Source: Phycisphaerales bacterium (lineage in GTDB: Bacteria; Planctomycetota; Phycisphaerae; WQYP01). Taken from it: 64,000 bases of DNA. Every line of letters starts with the position of its first letter. Position 1 is the stretch's first letter. This document shows, piece after piece, positions 40,006 to 46,291 of the stretch. The translations under genes and the position numbers were made by a program. Below the pieces are notes generated by a model. That model saw nothing but the letters and a program-made list of their open reading frames with translations. It had not been told where the DNA came from and did not search any database. The stretch lies in NCBI GenBank assembly GCA_027451365.1, contig DAIDJN010000040.1, positions 84,711-148,710 on the forward strand, given 5' to 3'.

Positions 40006-40896
40006 CTAAAAGCCCTTGGGGATGTGTAGCCGCCACTCCTTGATGTATTGGGTCTCCTTCATGCCGTGCGTGAGGTAAAAGTCGAATTCAGACGGGAATC
40101 TGCGCAGCAGGTCCAGTTGAGCAGGCCTGTACCCGGCTCGCTCCAGGTAGAATCCGATGACCTGGTGATAAGGATAAAGGTAGCCCAGCTTGTCCAGGGT
40201 GGCGGCCAAAACATTGACCGACACCCGCTCCTTGGCGAGCTGGTACGCCTTGGCGACCTCGCTGACGCCCCCCGCGTAGATGGGGCGCACGGCGATGTCG
40301 ATTAACGTGCGTTCAAGTTTGGTGAAACGCAAGCGGCCCAAGGGCTTCCCGGCACCCATAACCGGCTCCTCAATGACCGCGTAGTTGTTGGTATTCTTTC
40401 CACTTATGATGCAGATGCGAAAATCGCTGGTCTCGGCCACGTTGCCCGAGACGCGGACAGGACGGCGCATCGCCAAATCGATGCCTTTTTGTGTCAATGT
40501 ACCACCAACCGGCCCGGTGCTTTTCTGCTCACTGTTAAGGTACGTGGTCTTGGGCAGTTGCTCCGTAAGGCCATGAAAGGCCATCGCGGTGTAGTGGGAA
40601 AAATAACATCCTGGCCTGAGCATCAGCATGATTTCGTAAATTGAAGCATCGCCCCAGGCGAAGCGAATCTCCTTCTTGTATGGCTGGGGGAAAGGGAAGA
40701 CGATCTTCGATAGCCTGGCCGAGTTGATCAAATACCGGATAAAATCCTGAGTGGTGGTACTCTGGGCGAGGCGCCAAAATTCCCGCTGCTCCGTGAGGAA
40801 TCGCGAAAGATCCTTCTGCCGGAAGACCTTCTCCGGTAGTTGATCGAAATAACGGACAATGTCCGGCTTGGCGATGCTGATCCGGGTTCTATTCAT
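40006..40896 (-). CDS. AbiEi-family antitoxin/transcriptional regulator (type IV TA)
   Basis: YFSHYTAMAFHGLTEQLP and TKLERTLIDIAVRP.YAGG, with an N-terminal wHTH-like region. Confidence 0.85.
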   Translation of the reverse strand: MNRTRISIAKPDIVRYFDQLPEKVFRQKDLSRFLTEQREFWRLAQSTTTQDFIRYLINSARLSKIVFPFPQPYKKEIRFAWGDASIYEIMLMLRPGCYFSHYTAMAFHGLTEQLPKTTYLNSEQKSTGPVGGTLTQKGIDLAMRRPVRVSGNVAETSDFRICIISGKNTNNYAVIEEPVMGAGKPLGRLRFTKLERTLIDIAVRPIYAGGVSEVAKAYQLAKERVSVNVLAATLDKLGYLYPYHQVIGFYLERAGYRPAQLDLLRRFPSEFDFYLTHGMKETQYIKEWRLHIPKGF

Positions 40897-40906
40897 GGGC
40901 CGTCCT

Positions 40907-41187
40907 AGTCACTGGGATTATATATAATCCCAGTGACTGGGGTATGTCAAGGCGTATGGAACGCCTATTTGGCCAAATGATGCGACCAAACCACTGCATT
41001 TCAGTAAATTGTGATCAGAACTGATAGGCTGCATTAGGTATTATATATAATACCTAATGTCGCAATGATTCGCCTATACGAAATTAGCCACAGCTCGCGC
41101 GAGACGGGCTAGCAGCGGCGGCCCAAGCCGACACGGTCAAGGTAATTTACCAGTGCATAAGCATTATATATAATGCTTATACACTGG
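40907..41187. repeat. Array of three palindromes with common core ATTATATATAAT at an exact 123-bp period
   Basis: Cores at 40917-40928, 41040-41051 and 41163-41174. Palindromes: 40907-40938 (32 bp perfect), 41032-41059 (28 bp perfect), 41157-41180 (24 bp perfect; extends to 41150-41187 with one mismatched pair). Confidence 0.95.
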
Positions 41188-41197
41188 CTGTGTAATT

Positions 41198-41446
41198 TCA
41201 ATTCGGCAACCTTGGAAACACATCCTGATCACAAAAGTCATGATTGCCGCGAACCGCCGGCACTTACGCATTCAGCGCGGCGGCCCATGGCCGGCCTGCG
41301 TAATATTCGCCCTACTGAATTGCACCAGCATGGTAAATATCCCCCGCATGAATCGCCGCACTCAGCTTTCGGCCATGCCATCGCCGTAGTTGTTCGCCAT
41401 GGATTTCGAAGCAGATTCCCAGGGTGATCGCGTGCAAGGCAGCCAT
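41198..41446 (-). pseudogene. Truncated calcineurin-like metallophosphoesterase pseudogene
   Basis: Manual translation: MAALHAITLGICFEIHG...IHAGDIY...Q*...A*VPAVRGNHDF. Motifs I-III are in one frame with stops at 41312-41314 and 41264-41266. The C-terminal half is absent. Confidence 0.75.
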
Positions 41447-41508
41447 GTCGCCGTTCCAAGCACAACCATTTAAAGCTGTCATCCATACCCCAGCCGCAGA
41501 GGATAATT

Positions 41509-42345
41509 TTGCATACTGCCCCCCTCGCCGCTGGCTTGCCTAAATGCCGCGCTTGGGGGACGATTCCGCCTATAGCGAAGCTTACCGTACAAAAGATTCG
41601 TGAACTGGCGCTGGATATTGTGGCACAAACCCCGGGTGGCGTACGCTATCAACCCCTTCGCACAAGAATTCTTGAGCAGCATCCCGAAACCAACAGCAAC
41701 ACCATATCCGGCGCAATTTGGAACCTTGACGCTATTTTTCCCGATAAGATTACCAAACCAAGCCGCGGGCTATTTAAGGCGGCAGGTACCGACCTTGAGG
41801 GTGATGTCGTTGCTTTCGGAGTCCCGGTGCAGACGGGATCCAAGGGCAAAAAAATCAACGAATCCGATTTTTACGACGGCTTCGCCGACTGGCTCCGCGA
41901 TGACCTTGGCGAGGTAACGGTCGCAAAGAGCCTGGGCGGCGCGTCATTGAAATCCAAATGGGGCACGCCCGATGTCGTCGGGGTGTACAAGCCGCTGGGA
42001 CGCGACCTTATCAAATTTCCCCTGGAACTGGTCGCAGCGGAAATTAAAATTGACCCGCAGGCTCCAGTGGTTGCATTCGGACAGGCGATCGCCTATCGCC
42101 TTTTCGCCAGCAAAACCTACATCGCAATGCCCAACACGCTAACCGAAGAAGACCAAAGCAGGCTTGAAGCGCTGTGTATGCTTTTCGGCGTCGGTCTGGC
42201 GCTATTTAACCTGGACCCGGAAAAGCCGGAATTTACCGTCCGGGTACGGGCGCAACGGTTCTCACCGGATATGTTCTACGTAAATGAATTCGCCGACCGA
42301 TTGAAGAAATCTGATTTAGAACTCTTTGAAAATCTGTTTGGCTAA
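41509..42345 (+). CDS. Putative wHTH + PD-(D/E)XK endonuclease
   Basis: E..FY, TPDVVG, AAEIK and GQAIAY motifs with an N-terminal HTH-like domain. Start uncertain (TTG 41509 after AGGA). Confidence 0.7.
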   Translation: MHTAPLAAGLPKCRAWGTIPPIAKLTVQKIRELALDIVAQTPGGVRYQPLRTRILEQHPETNSNTISGAIWNLDAIFPDKITKPSRGLFKAAGTDLEGDVVAFGVPVQTGSKGKKINESDFYDGFADWLRDDLGEVTVAKSLGGASLKSKWGTPDVVGVYKPLGRDLIKFPLELVAAEIKIDPQAPVVAFGQAIAYRLFASKTYIAMPNTLTEEDQSRLEALCMLFGVGLALFNLDPEKPEFTVRVRAQRFSPDMFYVNEFADRLKKSDLELFENLFG

Positions 42346-42349
42346 TTAT

Positions 42350-42526
42350 CTCGTCCTCAACCCAGCTTGCCAGTTCAGCCAAAATACGCCGCCCAGACCG
42401 GTTCCATGGCCACCTTGGCGTTGAACTGCGACGTAACTAACGACGTTTTACCTGAATAAAATGGACTCCGAAAATTGGAAAAAAACTACCTTGGCAGCCA
42501 GGCCGGATTCTGGGGAGTATTACCCA
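42350..42526 (-). mobile_element. Degenerate IS3-family remnant (orfA 5' end and probable left end)
   Basis: Minus strand reads TSQFNAKVAME, then a frameshift, then RILAELAS, like IS3 OrfA (FKAKVALEA...TLAELA). GGAG lies upstream, and the end TGGGTAATACTCCCCAGAATCC is IR-like. Confidence 0.55.
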
Positions 42527-42599
42527 GTTGCCAAATTCAACGCAATGATGCGATAATGAATCAACTGATTTGGGCAACTGTTCCTGCTGGAGTTTTCTC

Positions 42600-43526
42600 A
42601 TGAAGATGCGCTATATATTGATATTAGCCACTTTATCGGGCTGTCTGGCGCTTTCAAATTTGACCCGTGCCGCTGCGCCCAATCGCGCCAAATTTCTTGG
42701 CACAACCTGGAGCGGATTTAATTCGCCGCTGTTTGGCACATTATTTAATCAGATAACCCCTGAAAATGCGGGTAAATGGGGTAATGTGGAGCCTCAAAAG
42801 GGGGTCTTTCTTTGGCGCAATCTCGACGCTATGTATACCCTGGCCAAGCGCCGTCATCTGATTGTAAAACAGCACAACATGATCTGGGGGCAGAATCAGC
42901 CGCGGTGGGTAAACAAATCCAATGCCAAAGCCGCGGTGCGTCAATGGTTCGCCGCTTTTGCCCGGCGTTATGCATCGCGCACTGCTCTGATGGACGTAGT
43001 GAATGAGCCGTTGCAGAATCCGCCGGCATATCGCACCGGCCTTCCCGGCGGAAACACGAAATGGGGATGGGTGATCTGGTGTTACCGGTTGGCCCGGCAT
43101 GATTTTCCGCACACGAAACTGCTCATCAATGATTACGATATTCTTGATTCCACCCAAAACACACTGCGTTATGCAAGATTGATCGCCCTACTGAAAAATC
43201 GTGATCTGATAGACGGCATCGGCTGTCAGGCGCATGGGTTGGAACGTGTGAAAACCGCCCTTATTCGGAAAAATCTGGCTGTATTATCCCGTCTTAATGT
43301 ACAAATATATATAAGCGAATATGACCTCAATCAGAAAAGTGATGTCTCGCAGCTCGCCCAGATGAAGCTCCAGTTTCCGGTTTTCTGGAGGGACCCTCAT
43401 GTGGCGGGTGTGACCTTTTGGGATTTTAAACAGGGGCATACCTGGCTGCGTTATACCTATCTGGTTCATCGCGACGGTAAACCGCGCCCGGCCATGGTTT
43501 GGCTGCGGCGCTATCTGGGCCGATGA
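42600..43526 (+). CDS. GH10 endo-1,4-beta-xylanase, secreted
   Basis: Signal peptide, TPENAGKW, DVVNEP (acid/base), INDY, IGCQAH and ISEYD (nucleophile). Confidence 0.93.
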   Translation: MKMRYILILATLSGCLALSNLTRAAAPNRAKFLGTTWSGFNSPLFGTLFNQITPENAGKWGNVEPQKGVFLWRNLDAMYTLAKRRHLIVKQHNMIWGQNQPRWVNKSNAKAAVRQWFAAFARRYASRTALMDVVNEPLQNPPAYRTGLPGGNTKWGWVIWCYRLARHDFPHTKLLINDYDILDSTQNTLRYARLIALLKNRDLIDGIGCQAHGLERVKTALIRKNLAVLSRLNVQIYISEYDLNQKSDVSQLAQMKLQFPVFWRDPHVAGVTFWDFKQGHTWLRYTYLVHRDGKPRPAMVWLRRYLGR

Positions 43527-43604
43527 ACCGGGATGGCATGCTGACGCCAGCGATCCGTTGTCCGGGATTGCCTGTAAATATCATCTGTTTGAAAATTGGA
43601 TTCT

Positions 43605-46175
43605 ATGAACAGACGACTGTTTTTGCAGGCAACCGGCCTTGCGGCGATCATGAACGCGATTGCCCGTCGTAAAGCCCCGGCAGCAGAGTCCATGTCTGGC
43701 GTGTGTGCGATTACGCATGAATGGCCGGGCGGTTCAGGTTCGGTACTTCTGGCCGGGCCTTCTGGAACTGCCGAAATTCTGGTGGACCAGAAAGATCACG
43801 CCGTGGTGCATATCGCCGCCCGAATGCTCGCCCAGGACATGGCCCGCATCACCGGCCATGTCCTGCCCGTTACGAACCAGGTGCGAGTCTCCAATTCGGC
43901 CATCATCGTTGGCACACTGGGCCACAGCCATTGGATAGACGCTTTGGCGGCGGCGGGAAAAATTCAGGTTCACGGCCTAAAAGGAAAATGGGAATCATTT
44001 ATCTGGCAAACAGTGGATCATCCGCTGCCAGGTGTCGGCCGGGCGCTGGTTATTGCCGGGTCGGACCGGCGTGGTACATCATATGGTGTGATGGAATTAT
44101 GTGAAATATCCGGCGTGTCGCCATGGTTCTGGTGGGCGGATGTGCCGGTAAAAAAGGCTGCTTGCGTGGCCGTTACGCCGGGGCGACTTATCTCCGGGCC
44201 GCCGGGGGTGAAATACCGGGGTATATTTATCAATGATGAGGATTGGGGGTTCCAGCCATGGGCGGCACATACGTTTGACCCGGCGCGTGGAAATGTGGGG
44301 CCAAAAACCTATAAAAAAGTATTTGAGCTGATGCTGCGGCTTAAACTAAATTATCTCTGGCCCGCCATGCACCCCTGTTCGGCTTCGTTTGCCTCCATAC
44401 CGCAAAATGCGGCCTTGGCCAGCGATTATGCCATTGTCATGGGGTCCAGCCACGTCGAACCGATGCTGGCGAATCCCGCGGCGTTTCTTGGCCACCCCGG
44501 CCATATGCGACGCGGACCATGGAACTTTGTCACCAACAGCGCCAATATTCTGAAATTCTGGGCGCAATCCGTCAAAAGCCGCGGCCAGTATGAAGCTGTC
44601 TGGACCCTCGGCATGCGCGGCCCTTATGACAGTGCGTTATTGGGCGTTCACACCAGGGCACAGGAAAGATCGCTGGTGGAAAAGATTTTTCATCTGCAGG
44701 CCAATCTTCTGCGGCGCCTGGCATCCCGTCGCTTGGGTTTGCCAGCAACTTGTTATGTTCCCTATAAAGAGGCTCTGCTGGTATTTAATTCCGGTCTGAA
44801 AGTTCCACCAGATGCCACCATCGTCTGGCCGGATAATAATTTCGGCTATATCCGGCAACTCAGCAATGCGCCACAGCGCCGCAGGTCCGGTGGCTCCGGC
44901 GTGTATTATCACATTGAATACCTTGGCAAGCCGCATTCCTATTGCTGGTTGAACACCACGCCACCGGCCCTGATGTGGGAGGAATTAAAAAAAGCCTGGG
45001 ACAATGAGGCACGTCAGATATGGGTGATAAATGTCGGTGGTATAAAGCCACGGGAAATCAGCATGGATTTTGCCGCCCGGCTGGCCTGGCGCCCCCAAGT
45101 CTTCGGCGCGGATTGCCAGCCTGTATTTCTGCGACACTTTGCCGAAACGGTTTGCGGCCCGGAATATGCCGCAACCATTGCGGACCTGCTTCAGGAGTTT
45201 TTTCTGCTGGGGCAAATCCGCCGTCCGGAATCCATGAATCGCAACTGGGCTGCCGAATTGCCCGATCAGAAAGCGACTGATCTGCTGGCCCGTTATCAAA
45301 GGCTGTTCGACAACCAGCGGAATCTGCAGCGCCGGATTCCGCCAGAAAGTCGTGCAGCCTTTTTTGAATTGTTTGCCTATCCGGCGCAAATGCTCGCCGC
45401 CAGCGGCTTGATCTTCCTGTTGGATCGACATGCTCGCGCCACGCCGGCCCAGGCTGAAGAAACCGGCAGAAAAATTGCCCTGTGGCGAAGGTTTATTGTG
45501 CGGCAGGTTGCCTGGTACAACAATAAGCTCAGGAATGCCAAATGGCGCGATTTTGCCACCATGGGCGGCACCACCTGGCGAGTCGCCTGGGCGTCCGTGC
45601 AGTGGCCATGGCTGGATCACCATAAGGGCGGCGCAACGCGTCCGGGCCACGACTCGCTGCTGATTCTGCCTGCGTATAAGTTCGAACGCACGCATTCTAC
45701 CGCGACGGCCCGATGGCGGCGGATTTCCGGTCTGGGGCGCTCAGGCGGGGCGATGGCTCTTTGGCCTGCAGTGCCACAGAACCGGTGGAACCCGGAAAAA
45801 CAGCTTGCCGATGCCCCGCGCATAGACTATCAGATCCATATTACCCGGCCGATTATCACGGCAATGCTGGTGCTGAGTGTTTTGCCCACCTATCCACTGT
45901 ACCCGGGAATGAACCTGCGCATCGCCATTCGCTGGAATGGCGGTGCGGCCAAGGTTTTAACTGTGCCGTATGCTTCCAGTGAAATACGTGTGGCTGGCAA
46001 TCGGGTGCGGGCGGCCGGCGTTCTGGCAAACCAGATTCCACTGCATTATCCGGTCGGTCCGCTATCCAATGGCCTGCACACGCTTTCGGTTTATGCCGTA
46101 GATCCGGGTGTGGTTCTGGACGAAATCCTGCTGCAAGACGACAATACACCTCATTCTGGCGGTAGGTCGGAGTGA
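43605..46175 (+). CDS. GH115 alpha-glucuronidase with Tat signal
   Basis: NRRLFL Tat motif, GSDRRG, YRGIFINDE, NYLWPAMH, GSSHVEPM, GSGVYYH and DPGVVL. Confidence 0.9.
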   Translation: MNRRLFLQATGLAAIMNAIARRKAPAAESMSGVCAITHEWPGGSGSVLLAGPSGTAEILVDQKDHAVVHIAARMLAQDMARITGHVLPVTNQVRVSNSAIIVGTLGHSHWIDALAAAGKIQVHGLKGKWESFIWQTVDHPLPGVGRALVIAGSDRRGTSYGVMELCEISGVSPWFWWADVPVKKAACVAVTPGRLISGPPGVKYRGIFINDEDWGFQPWAAHTFDPARGNVGPKTYKKVFELMLRLKLNYLWPAMHPCSASFASIPQNAALASDYAIVMGSSHVEPMLANPAAFLGHPGHMRRGPWNFVTNSANILKFWAQSVKSRGQYEAVWTLGMRGPYDSALLGVHTRAQERSLVEKIFHLQANLLRRLASRRLGLPATCYVPYKEALLVFNSGLKVPPDATIVWPDNNFGYIRQLSNAPQRRRSGGSGVYYHIEYLGKPHSYCWLNTTPPALMWEELKKAWDNEARQIWVINVGGIKPREISMDFAARLAWRPQVFGADCQPVFLRHFAETVCGPEYAATIADLLQEFFLLGQIRRPESMNRNWAAELPDQKATDLLARYQRLFDNQRNLQRRIPPESRAAFFELFAYPAQMLAASGLIFLLDRHARATPAQAEETGRKIALWRRFIVRQVAWYNNKLRNAKWRDFATMGGTTWRVAWASVQWPWLDHHKGGATRPGHDSLLILPAYKFERTHSTATARWRRISGLGRSGGAMALWPAVPQNRWNPEKQLADAPRIDYQIHITRPIITAMLVLSVLPTYPLYPGMNLRIAIRWNGGAAKVLTVPYASSEIRVAGNRVRAAGVLANQIPLHYPVGPLSNGLHTLSVYAVDPGVVLDEILLQDDNTPHSGGRSE

Positions 46176-46291
46176 CCCGATGCCGCAGGTTCCTGTCTAT
46201 GCCGCCCGGCAGCGCATGACAAATCGAGTAAGGCACAGTACTCGGTGTTGAAATTCTGTGTCGGAACGCGCATTTTTCAGGAGAAGTTTTC

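Noticed and set aside
40907..41187. CRISPR interpretation of the palindrome array
   Set aside because: Only 12 bp are identical between units, spacers are ~90 bp, and no cas genes are in the window.
41280..41310. Possible fourth array unit
   Set aside because: No core is present at the expected +123 position (41286). The nearby GCGTAATATTCGC is imperfect and out of register.
41173..41486. ORF-track ORFs 41173..41427(+) and 41238..41486(-)
   Set aside because: No motifs; the region is better explained by the metallophosphoesterase pseudogene in another frame.
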